Shown: in pieces, positions 49,700 to 60,844 of the stretch
Layout of the letters: every line of letters starts with the position of its first letter
Position numbering within the stretch: position 1 is the first letter of the stretch
Assembly (NCBI GenBank): GCA_002104905.1
Contig: MCFE01000096.1
Span: forward strand, 109,075 to 173,074
Source of the DNA: Basidiobolus meristosporus CBS 931.73
Taxonomy: Eukaryota > Fungi > Basidiobolomycota
DNA: 64,000 bases
Reading direction: 5' to 3'
Position numbers and translations under genes: made by a program
The notes under the pieces: generated by a model
Seen by the model: only the letters and a program-made list of their open reading frames with translations
The model's database searches: none
What the model was told of the DNA's origin: nothing

Positions 49700-52600
49700 T
49701 GTTGTAAAAATTTGTATTTCCACCTAAATATTCACCTAACTTAGTCACTTAGATCATCACCTTCAAATCCTAGAGAATACTGACCAAATTCCTTGTCGGG
49801 ATTTACTTAGAATATTTTCACCAAGATACCAGGTACCCAGAACATGAAAATTCTCAAAGTTGTCCAAACAGCCCCAAACTTTGCACACATGTTCTTGGGA
49901 CCTTCCTTAACCTATTCTACATGTTTGTAATGCCAAGACCAGGTAAAAGTATAAATACCACTTTTATATTCAATTAATCATTAAGTGAAAACCACATAAT
50001 CTACTTGTTCTCCCAATCACTTCCAATATCTCCAAGACTCTTACAACAGGTTATGAGCCCCAAGCTGTCACTCTCTGCAATGTCTACTACTGCTATTACT
50101 GGAATTTTTCCCTCCGCTGAAAAGTTGGATGGATCTAACTACCAAGTGTGGAAGGTGAAGATGAAGATGCTGCTACAAGAAAGAGGCCGTTGGGATATTG
50201 TCATGCAAGAAGAATGCCCTCCTAAAAACGTAGGAGAGGAAGCCTTAAAGTACCAGAAGAAAGAATAAAATGCCATTAACTGCATTTGCCTTAATGTCAA
50301 GGACAAATTGCTAATTCAATGCTCAAGAGCAAAAACAGCAAAGAATGCCTGGAAAGCATTAGAAGACACCTACCAGTCATGTTCAGCTGCCAAGAAGATG
50401 TATCTGAGACAAAAATTCTTTACTACAAAGATGCTGCCAGGAGAAGAAATGAAAAATCTAATTAACAGAATTACCCTGCTGGTAGATGAGATGGAATCTG
50501 TGGGCATACCAACTACTGATGAGGATGTGATAGTTACCATCCTGAATAGCCTGACAGACAAGTTTCAGGGCCTTGTATCAGCCCTAGAGTCCAGAACTGA
50601 AGATTTGACCTTAAATTACATATATGGAAGGCTCCTGGATGAAGAATTAAGAAAATCAAGTGCTAATAAGAAGGAAGAAGAAAATGCTTTAATAAGCAAT
50701 GATAAGCAACAAAGGAGGTACCCAAGACCCTACAAAGGCAACAGCAACCTGTTTTGTAACTACTGCAAAAGGAAAGGACTCACATCAGACCAGTGTCTCA
50801 AAAAGAAAGATAATCAGCAAAAGAAGCCTGTGTTGTATCCAAGAGAAAGTGTAATAAAACTCTTGAATGGTTTAACTGAACCAAAGGGACAATTAAGTGC
50901 AGAATCTTAGAATTGTCAGAGAGTGGCAGAAATATTAGCGGAAGGATTCTGATCTAATGTTGGTCTTGGATATAGCTGGGTTGGCTATAAAGACAATGAT
51001 ATTTGTTTGCTAGGCAGGCTAGGCTTGGTGTTCTTTGGAGTGCTATATATACTAGGCTTGGATAGAAACTAGAACAGAATTGTTGGATTCTTATTTTTGC
51101 TGCAACAGAATCTTAATTTTGTTGAGACACACACTAAACCAAAAGGTTCAGTGAACTTTATTTATACTTTTCTGATCAAGTTGAGTTAGTAAGTGCCAAG
51201 GGACTGGATTGATTGAAATCAATTTGGGTGTTCATAGGTGCATAAGATAAATGAAAATTACATCATCAATCAACTGATGTCTTGGCAACTGCACAGTGGT
51301 GGATAGATCTCAGATGACTAATCACCTGGGAAGGCTTAGCAGATAGGTTGATAACGTAATGACCATTTGAAAATAGATCAGGTGTGATAGCTAAAAATAG
51401 ATTTTGAGGTGGGATAAAATAAACTGTAACTGGGATTTGTTATGTTTGGGTTAGGGAAAATCAGTTAGGGTGCTAGATTTTCAAACAGAGTAAAATTGCT
51501 AAGTTTTATATGTTGATGCACAACGGCCTGAATATGGAAATGCAGCAACAACTGAAGATAGACTATTCATATCTGCACTAAATAAGACCACAAACAAGGA
51601 TTTTCAGACATGGTATATTGACTCTGGAGCTTCTCAACACTTTACGCACCAAAAAGAACTTTTTACCCATTATCAAGAAATTCCAATTACAAAGGTTTTC
51701 ATGGGTGACAATACAACACTTGATGCAATGGGAGAAGGAACTATCCAAGTAAACCTAAGAAGCAGTGAAGGAAGCCATATACTGACCTTTAAAGAAGTAC
51801 TCTATGTACCAGAAATAGCCAAGAACCTACTCTCTGTAAGCAAGGCCACAGCAGAAGGACTCAGTTTCAGTTTTGACAATTCTGGATGCAGGATCACTGA
51901 TCAAAATGGTGCCCATATTGCTTTGGGCATCAGAGATCAGAATCTATACAAGTTGACTTACATTCCATCATATTTGGAGGCCAATATACGTAACTTAAAT
52001 GAAGAAACACCAATGCTTTGGCACAGGAGATTTGGATACATCAATTTTGATTATTTGCGCAAAATGATCAAAGATCAGCTAATTTCTGGAGTGAAAGTTG
52101 ATCCCCCAGCTAATTTGGAGCACTGTGAAGCCTGCATATATGGGAAACAAGCCAGACAACTGTTCAAGAGCTCTGGGTTAATCAAAACTAAGAAAAAATT
52201 AGATCTAATTCACTCAGATCTGTGTGGACCTATGCAAAATTAATCCTTAGGTGGGATGAAGTATTTAAGCACTTTTATTGATGATTATACAAGATACACA
52301 TGGGTTTACTTCATGAAGAGAAAGGAAGAAGCTCTGTCTAAGCGCAGGGAGTTTAAAGCCATAGTGGAGAGAGAAACTGGAGAAAAAATCAAGAAAATAT
52401 GCTCTGACAATGGTGGAGAATATACCTCAAAACTCTTCATCCACTTCTGCAAAATTCATGGGATAAAGCAAGAGACTACTGTACCATACTCCCCACAGCA
52501 AAATGGAGTAGCAGAACAAGCTAATAGATCAATAATTGATTTGGCAAGATCTATGATCCATGATCAAAAATTATCCTATGATTTTTGGGAGGAATCAGTT

Positions 52601-55084
52601 GCCACTGCTGTATATCTTAAAAATAGGAGTTATAACAGAATACTTCGTGATTCTACTCCATTTGAAGCATGGTATGGATACAGACCAAGTGCAGAACATC
52701 TAATAATATTTGGGTGTACCACATATGCCAAAAAACTGGCTGGAAATCAGTCAAAATATGAGCCAAAAAGTGTAAAATGCATATTTTTGGGCTACTGCAA
52801 TGAGAGTAAGGCATACAGACTCTACAATACCAAAGCAAAGAAGCTTATCAAGTCCAGGGATGTGTTGTTTGATGAAAATTCAAAATTTTCACAAAAAATG
52901 ACATCAGATGATGACAAAAATTGATCTCAAGTCTACCAATTGTCAGGACTGAATCAGAGCAAAACAATGCAAATTTTTTCACTCCAGAGGACTCTACAAC
53001 TGTGGTTCAGCCAGAATCAGTGCCCAGGAATATCCCAGAAGTGATCATTCCAGTATCAAATGCCCGGAGATCCAATTGGACAAGAAATAGTCCAAATTAC
53101 TATATCAATGAGGGTACAAACTTAGCCTATGCCTATTCAGTCCATGTTGATGAACCACAGACTGTAAAAGAGGCCCTAAAAAGCCCTCAGACAAGGTTTT
53201 GGAGATCTGCAATGATTAAGGAATATCAGGCACTGATGGAAAATCAAACTTGGGACTTAGTCAAACTACCAATCAACCAAAAATCAATTGGATGCAGATG
53301 GGTCTTCAAGACAAAATACAAGGCTGATGGTACAATTGAAAGATACAAAGCAAGACTTGTAGCCAAAGGATACTCTCAAACAAAAGGACTTGACTATACT
53401 GAGACCTTTGCACCAGTAGCCAAGTTTAATTCCATCTGATTAATATTGGCTATTGCAGCCAAATATAAGTTTTTTATTCATCAAATGGATGTAAAAACTG
53501 CATTTTTGAATAGAGAACTTGATGAGGACATGTATATGGACCAGCCTGATAGGTTTGTTGATCAAGATAACCCCAATTTGGTCTGCAAGCTTAAAAAGTC
53601 ACTATATGGTCTCAAAAAATCACCAAGAGCCTGGAATTGCAAGATAGATTCTTATTTGGAATCTTTGAGTTTCAAAAGAAGTAATGCTGACTATAGTATA
53701 TAATATAAGCCCAATAGAGCAAATCCAGTTCTATTAGCTCTATATGTGGATGATCTTATTACAGCCACCAAAAACCTAGAAACATTGGAAGAGACTAAAT
53801 CCAGCCTATCTAAGGGAGTTCAAGATGTCCAATCTAGGAGAACTCAGTTACTACTTACGGATTAAGTTCTCCATAGAGAGAAGTACCCTGACTATCACCC
53901 TAAGCCAATCCAAGTATATTCAAGATATACTAAAGAAGTACAAAATGGAAGACTGTCAACTGGCAGCTACCCCAATGGAGACAAACCTTAACTTGGTCAA
54001 AACTCAACCAAATCAAGAGAGCTTGGTGCCATCTGAAAGCCCTGACTTTCCTTATCAATCTATGGTCGGCAGTCTGATGTATATCATGCTTGGAACATGT
54101 CCAGATATCTCATATTCAGTGGGAGTTGTCAGCCAACAAAATCAGAACTATGGATCTGATTGTATTGCAGCAGTTAAGCGGATTTTTAGATACCTAAAAG
54201 GAACTGCTGATATCTGCTTAAGATACACTTATAAGGATTCAGAACAGGATCTTGTGGGATACTCTGATGCTGATTGGGGACAAAATTTAGAAGACAGAAG
54301 ATCCACCACAGGATACACCTTTCTTTACTGTAAAGGAGCAATATCATGGAATTCAAGAAAGCAACCAACTGTAGCACTTTCCACCACAGAGGTAGAGTAT
54401 AGGGCAGCCTGTGAAGCTACAAAAGAAGCAATGTGGTTAAGAAAGCTGTTTACAGATTTAGGCCTATGTCAAAAAACACCTATTACTTTATTTCAAGATA
54501 ATCAAGGATGTATACAATTAGGTAGAAATCCAGCTTTTCATGCTAGAACCAAGCACATAGATATTAGACATCATTTCATACATGAAGCTATAGAGAATAA
54601 CTTAGTTAGCTTAGTTTACTGTCCTACAGATGAACTGATTGCAGACATATTTACCAAACCATTAGCTAGAGACAAGTTTGAATATCTTAGGTCAAAATTA
54701 GGACTAGTTAGTATGAACATTTAGCTGAGTGGGAGTGTTGTAAAAGTTTGTATTTCCACCTAAATATTCACCTAACTTAGTCACTTACATCATTACCTTC
54801 AAATCCTAGAGAATACTGACCAAATTCCTTGTCGGGATTTACTTAAAATATTTTCACCAAAATACCAGGTACCCAGAACATGAAAATTCTCAAAGTTGTC
54901 CAAACAGCCCCAAACTTTGCACACATGTTCTTGGGACCTTCCTTAACCTATTCTACATGTTTGTAATGCCAAGACCAGGTAAAAGTGTAAAAACTACTTT
55001 TACATTCAATTAATCATTAAGTGAAAACCACATAATCTACTTGTTCTCCCAATCACTTCCAATATCTCCAAGACTCTTACAACA
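49700..55084 (+). mobile_element. Full-length but inactivated Ty1/copia retrotransposon (LTR-PBS-gag-PR-IN-RT-RH-PPT-LTR)
   Basis: 349-bp LTRs at 49700-50048 and 54736-55084, about 10 differences by eye. PBS GGTTATGAGCCC, gag ATG at 50080, zinc knuckle with H to L change, WYIDSGASQH, LWHRRFG..CEAC, SDNGGEY..QNGVAE, RYKARLVAKG..HQMDVKTAFL..LYVDD, YSDADW..RTKHIDIRHHF. Stops at 50266, 52241, 53437 and 53701, plus frameshifts. Confidence 0.97.
50831..51525. mobile_element. 695-bp insertion, probably a solo LTR of another family, with 5-bp TSD GCCTG
   Basis: TGTTG...CAACG flanked by GCCTG on both sides. Removing it restores the frame KKPEYGNAA...WYIDSGAS. Confidence 0.85.
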
Positions 55085-56595
55085 ATCAGACCAAAGGCAG
55101 AAATGTCTCAAGGAAGGTCCCATGGGGCTGTGTATGCGGTTGGGAGCTTTTGAGCAAGTGTCAGGTATTGCTGCCTTGCAAGCTTTCAGCAAATCTTTAA
55201 AACAGCCAATACCTCATAAGCAAGATTTGAAATGAATATACCAGGACTAAACCAAGATCCAAGCAGAATCATACAGTATTCAGGTGTATACTTGGTGTAT
55301 AAAGCAAGAATATGGTTTCAGCATCTTTAGAACATATCACTGACTAAATGGAAAAGCCATATTGATGCAACTGCAATGCTGATTGGATCTAACCTAGGTG
55401 TCAGCTCTTGTAAAAAATAATAAGGGGCCTTGACACTGCCAGACACTTGCTTGCAAAATGAGAATTATGAATGCAATGATGCAAAATATGCAATCAGGGG
55501 ATAGGTATAGTGACAGTTCTGAATGTAAAGTACTGTTAAAAGTCCAACAATTATAGTTTATACAAGTATCATCTTAGGAAAAGACAAATGTGAATCTCAG
55601 CAATATAAATGAGAAAATTCCATTGAATTATCAGCAGTTAGCCAATATTGCATGACAAAATACTAGACTAATGCAATCAATACTCTTTTGTTGGTCAACA
55701 TTGTCTTGATATCAACAAATCTGCACCAGGAGTGGGCCAAGCCTGAAAAATATGGTTTATAGGTCTCTTACAGAGAGAGATTAACCAGACACTTAGATAT
55801 ATGCCAAAATGCAAAGCAGTGAATATCCACGCTGCCAGTGCTTGCTAAGTTTACCCACGTAGAGTATTTCAGTATACAGGTCCGGAATAACATATCAGAA
55901 ACTAAGAAATTGGCAGCTGCAGAGAATGAAGCTTTTTAGCTCCAGTCCGGTTTTCACACTGTAAATGCGATCAGAAATCAGCTGCTGGGCTTATACTGCA
56001 ATGCAGGCGCCAAATTGAGATTAATCAGTATTGATCAGAAATTGATTGCTGGGCTTACATGACCAGGCAGGCTTCCAATTAAAGTTTATACAACGTGGTC
56101 AATGAGATTGGCGCACGCACCAACGCCGGGTTGCGGAACAACTTCCCTTTTAGAGGATAGTAATATGATCTGGCAACATGGGCTAGTATGGCAAACAAAA
56201 TACCACGGAACATCATGATAAACTCACTTTTAACCGAGCCAATCACCACTCTGATATTCCTTATTTGAAAGTGGTGGCGGAAATTGGTTTAGGTTGAGGC
56301 TTGTATGGCATCACATGGTGGATGCAATGCCCTGGTGAGACCGTTTGTGGAAGACGATGCGTACTGCGCGGAGCCCGAAGCTATGCTATGATCTAAGGGT
56401 TATTCTAGAGTGGCGCCACTATTTGATATATCACAAAGCAGGTATATTCTATACTCAGCGACATTTAGAAGTATTATTGAATAAAGCATTCTTTGTGGCT
56501 CTCTTCACCGCCCGCTCCATCCCTATGCTCAGTAATTCATGAATGCATCAACACACGTATATGAAATAATGGGGATTTATTGAATGTATATGCTA

Positions 56596-57402
56596 TTATT
56601 TACGATTAACTTCGGGTATAAGGGCGTTCATTGCACAATTGGAGTACTGAAGCCATTGCCCTATTTGATGGTTACAAGCGTACGACCAACCATTGTTGCC
56701 ATCGATAGAGAGATAAATCGAGTCACCTTGGCCGACTATGCCGGAGCCATAGCATTTTGCATCTCCACGCTTGCTGGTTAGCCCTCCCCAGCTTGGATAG
56801 CAGAAATCTCCACCATTGATACGGTAACATTGTCGCCCAAACACTGCGGTCCGGAACTCCTCGTTCTCGGAGCCCAGATTATCCACCAGCTGGCTCAGGC
56901 CAGAGCGCAAACTATAAGAACCGAAGTTTTTTCCAGTCACGTTTGCCAGGAACCGCCACTCATCGTTAACCCTAATTTGGGCAGTAAATACTGCGTCTGG
57001 CCCAGAGGGCTGAACATCGAGCCGCATTCTGTAGCTCTCACCTGTCTTCCAATCCAGGTTCATAGTTACTTTGGATCCTGGCTGCTCTGTGGCGTTCTGA
57101 GATACAGCATCGCGGGAGATAGCGGATATTTCTGTCTTGCCACTTTGGCCCCGGTCGAAAAGAGTGAAAACAAGCGACCTATGTGAGGAACTGTCTGCGT
57201 ACAGGCTAAAGTACCCAGCGTCGAAATTTACGCCAGTCCACATTCCCGGTGACGCGTCTCCACCTTGAATTACTTCAATGTCGGATTCAAAGCTCGTTAC
57301 AGTACCGATATTCCAATCCGGAAAGTCATTAGCAAGCCTGAACTGAGCAGCTTGAACCAAGGAGAGTGCGGATAGCAAGGATAACGGAAGGAAGGCTTTC
57401 AT
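56596..57402 (-). CDS. Secreted DUF3472-like beta-sandwich protein, divergent paralog (268 aa)
   Basis: Signal peptide MKAFLPLSLLSALSLVQA, intronless. GYFSLY..LVFTLF, WKTGESY, FTAQI..WRFLA, QLVDNL..RTAVFGRQ align by eye with the neighbouring paralog. Confidence 0.75.
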   Translation of the reverse strand: MKAFLPLSLLSALSLVQAAQFRLANDFPDWNIGTVTSFESDIEVIQGGDASPGMWTGVNFDAGYFSLYADSSSHRSLVFTLFDRGQSGKTEISAISRDAVSQNATEQPGSKVTMNLDWKTGESYRMRLDVQPSGPDAVFTAQIRVNDEWRFLANVTGKNFGSYSLRSGLSQLVDNLGSENEEFRTAVFGRQCYRINGGDFCYPSWGGLTSKRGDAKCYGSGIVGQGDSIYLSIDGNNGWSYACNHQIGQWLQYSNCAMNALIPEVNRK

Positions 57403-57747
57403 ACTTAAGGATTTACTGTATACCGACATGAGCCAGAGTAGTCTTTATATACGGCAGAGATTCCCGGGTATTTACGGTCTGGATCAACATTTAACAGTTG
57501 CTTTTCAATCCGAAGTGCCTGGAAGAATTCGGGGATGCCAGATATGAACGGTTGACCAGCAGCCCTTGCACACACTTCTTTTCGATTCTCATGTGGCAAA
57601 TCCTCATTCGACGCGCACAGACCGTAAGCAAAAGCCTCACACGAAAATAGATAGTAACGTGGGTTATTCTGGCTCCCACCGGGGATAGATAGTAGACCTC
57701 TGTCTCGTATAAATACTACAAGCCGACCCATTCATCAGAAAAACATA

Positions 57748-58860
57748 ATGAAATTCAAGAGTCTCCTATTAGCCGTAACAGCCGGGCTTTTCCTTTCAGT
57801 CAAGAACACATCTGCCAGTGGACTGTGGATTTTTGGTAGCGGTAATGGCCAAAGCCTTGTTGGTGATGCCGGACCGTCCTATACCGGCTTTGTAACATCT
57901 GTGGAGGTTCCGGCTGGATACGACCCGGAAGGAACCTACTATTGTGCTGCAGGGTGGTACCTCGGGTACTTTGGCCTACAAAGCAACCCTGGTGATGTCC
58001 ACGATGCGATATTTACAGTATGGAATATGGAGGATAACGTACCTCCCGAAGTGCTGGAAACCTATCCAAATGCCCAGGTTGAGTGGTGCCAGAGCGATGA
58101 CTGCGCCGAGGGTCGGGCTGTCCAAATCAATGTTGTACCTGACCATGATTTCTGGAAGCCTGGAACCAAGTATTGGCTTATGGCAGAGATGGTGAAGGAA
58201 GGCAACGATGTAATATACACCGCCTCGATTTTCAAGGATGGCCAGTGGCATATATTCGGAAAAGTCCGGGGTCCGAACTACGCAAAGATGAGTGTGCCAG
58301 TTAACTATTATTATCAATTCCTTGAGGATTTCGTTGGGAATACAGATGCCCCCCGACGCGTAACATATGGAAACCAGTTTTACCGACTTGAAGGATCCGA
58401 AAAATGGGGGCCTATGGAATACTTCTCAGCTCAAGATGAAATGAGTGGAGTAAACACAACAGTGATTAACACGATGAAGCTAAGCCCAAGTGGCAATAGT
58501 TTTGACCTAGCACTTGACGGCCTCCTACCTGCCGGCAAGACTAACCCTACGCAAGTACCGCCTGTAGCATATGAGGAGCGCAATATCAAGAGTCTTCCAT
58601 CTTTTCTCGGGATTGATACAATTGAGCTTCCCACACGTCCACATCTCGAGCCTTGGAGGGAGCCCAGCTCAGCACGGTGCCCACGTCCAGTGCTGCCACC
58701 TAAGTATGATCCCTCAACATCGCATAAGGACAATCGCACACAAGATACCTTGCTTCACAAGGGTATTACTCTTTCTTACGACGGGGACCGTGTTGTCGCT
58801 GAAGGGCCTAATCCTTCTTGTCCCAGACCAACTTTACCACCAGTGTATAAGCATTTGTAA
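57748..58860 (+). CDS. Secreted DUF3472-family protein with Pro-rich tail (370 aa)
   Basis: Signal peptide, intronless. VEVP.G.D..GTYY...GYFGLQ...AIFTVW, WKPGTKY, YTASIF...W, YQFLEDF...RRVTYGNQF match my recollection of the DUF3472 pattern. Confidence 0.8.
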   Translation: MKFKSLLLAVTAGLFLSVKNTSASGLWIFGSGNGQSLVGDAGPSYTGFVTSVEVPAGYDPEGTYYCAAGWYLGYFGLQSNPGDVHDAIFTVWNMEDNVPPEVLETYPNAQVEWCQSDDCAEGRAVQINVVPDHDFWKPGTKYWLMAEMVKEGNDVIYTASIFKDGQWHIFGKVRGPNYAKMSVPVNYYYQFLEDFVGNTDAPRRVTYGNQFYRLEGSEKWGPMEYFSAQDEMSGVNTTVINTMKLSPSGNSFDLALDGLLPAGKTNPTQVPPVAYEERNIKSLPSFLGIDTIELPTRPHLEPWREPSSARCPRPVLPPKYDPSTSHKDNRTQDTLLHKGITLSYDGDRVVAEGPNPSCPRPTLPPVYKHL

Positions 58861-60056
58861 TAAACAAGCCCAGTATTAATTGTATCACTATTGCAAGTAC
58901 ACCCACAGCATTACCCACTGTAGCCATTTGAGGTGCAACTGGTCGTTGTGCCCATAGCGCTGATTACTGTATCCCGGGGTATGAGCCAGTAATAACTGGC
59001 ATATTAGCATGCATGGATAGAAGTACTCGACCTTTTGAATCCAAACAAGAGTAACACTCATTTTGGAGAGTAGATATACCTAATTTGTAGGATGTGCAAT
59101 ATTTGCTCAATCATGATTCCAAGCCTTCAATGGCTTTCCGGATTGGAGGGTTGCCCTAGTGACAGGTTTTGAGTCAGATATGTGTTTTTTGAACGTGAAA
59201 GGCTTTGGTGCATGCCACTGAATATTCGTACTTTCACAGGGACTCATGGCAATTAACTCAACCAATTATTCTACTGCCGTGTGTTTCTCTTGCGGCTATA
59301 CACGAACCCCGCTTAAATTGGTTAATCAGCATCACAACGCATGTGCATAATCAGCATCTCAATGCATGTGCATGAGCGTACAATGCTTCTGGGTAATCTG
59401 GAAGCTCTATAACCAGCCCTTTCCAAGAAAGGAGTAATTGTCTAGACCTTGGTTACGATTTAATACCTGATACATTTCGATCAGATTGAATCGTTACAAT
59501 CTAGATTTTGCCGATGCATCATGGTGGGCTAAGATATGCATATGTATGGAACATTCCGGGGTTAGTGCCCTAGTAGGACGAAGAGGTTTTCCAAGAATCA
59601 GTTGCTTATTCTATTTTGGCTTATCTAATGAAATACCAGGCTCATTCTCCCGCTTTGTCCTAGAAAGGGATCCGAGCTATACTCCTATTGGGTATGCCAA
59701 GTACGAAGGTTGATATTCTATATTGTAATATTTTGAAGTAAAAGGTTCTATTACTAGGGCGCTGGCTTCGAAGTACACGCAGTCAGAAAATGCAAGAATG
59801 AATCAGGCTGGCACTTGGTAAGTTAGAAGAGGCACAAATACAAAGCAGATCACTTATACGCGGCTTCAACAATTACAAATATAATATGGTAAAAACGCAA
59901 ACCATTACAAACGCAGAGTTTGTTGAAAGTTTTGAAATTACATCTAAATATTCACATAACTTAGTTGCTTAGATCTGAGTCTATACTTCTTAGATTCTGC
60001 ACAAATCTCTGGTTAGGATTAACTTGAATTACAATATCATCATATCTGGTACGCAC

Positions 60057-60840
60057 TGTTGTAAAAATTCGGAATTCCATCTAAATATTCACCTAACTTT
60101 ATCACTTAGATCATTACCTTCAAATCCTAGAGAATACTGACCAAAATCCTTGTTGGGATTTACTTAGAATATTTACCCAGAACATGAAAATCTCATAGTT
60201 GTCCAAACAGCCCCAAACTTTGCACACATATTCTTGGGACTTTCATAAACCTATTCTACGTGTTTGCTATACCAAGACTATGTAAAAGTATAAAAACTAC
60301 TTTGACATTCAATAAATCATTCAGTGAAAACCACATAAGCTACTTGTTCTTCCAATCACTTCCAGTATCTCCAAAACTCTTACAACAGAGTATGAGCCCC
60401 AAACTATTACTCTCTGCAATGTCTACTACTGCTATTACTGGAATATCTATCTCTGCTGAAAAGTTGGATGGATCTAACTACCAAGTGTAGAAGGTAAAGA
60501 TGAAGATGCAGTTACAAGAAAGAGGCCTTAGGGATGCTGTCATGGGAGAAGACTGCCCTCCTAAAAATATGGGAGTGGAATCCTTCAAGTACCAGAAGAA
60601 AGAACAAAGTGCCATTGACTGCATTTGCCATAATGTCAAATACAAATTGCTCATTCAATGCTCAAGAGTAAACAGCAAAGAATGCCTGGAAGACATTAGA
60701 AGACACCTGTCAGTCATGTTCAGCTGCCAAGAAAATGTATCTTGGACAAAAACTCTTTGCTACAAAGATGCTGCCAGGAGAAGAAATGAAAAATCTAATC
60801 AACAAAACTACCCTTCTGGTGGATGAGATGGAATCCATGG
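60057..60840 (+). mobile_element. Copia 5' LTR (60057-60387), degenerate PBS and truncated gag
   Basis: TGTTGTAAAA...TTACAACA, GAGTATGAGCCCC, MSTTAITG..EKLDGSNYQV. Cut at about 60840 by a LINE 3' end. Confidence 0.9.
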
Positions 60841-60844
60841 GTAG

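Noticed and set aside
49700-55084. Idea that the many stops despite similar LTRs imply RIP-like hypermutation
   Set aside because: About 3% LTR divergence already predicts dozens of internal changes, so a handful of stops and frameshifts is unremarkable.
59324-59373. 25-bp tandem duplication (AATCAGCATC.CAA(C/T)GCATGTGCAT)
   Set aside because: Two copies only, consistent with simple slippage. Notable only for one CpG/TpG difference.
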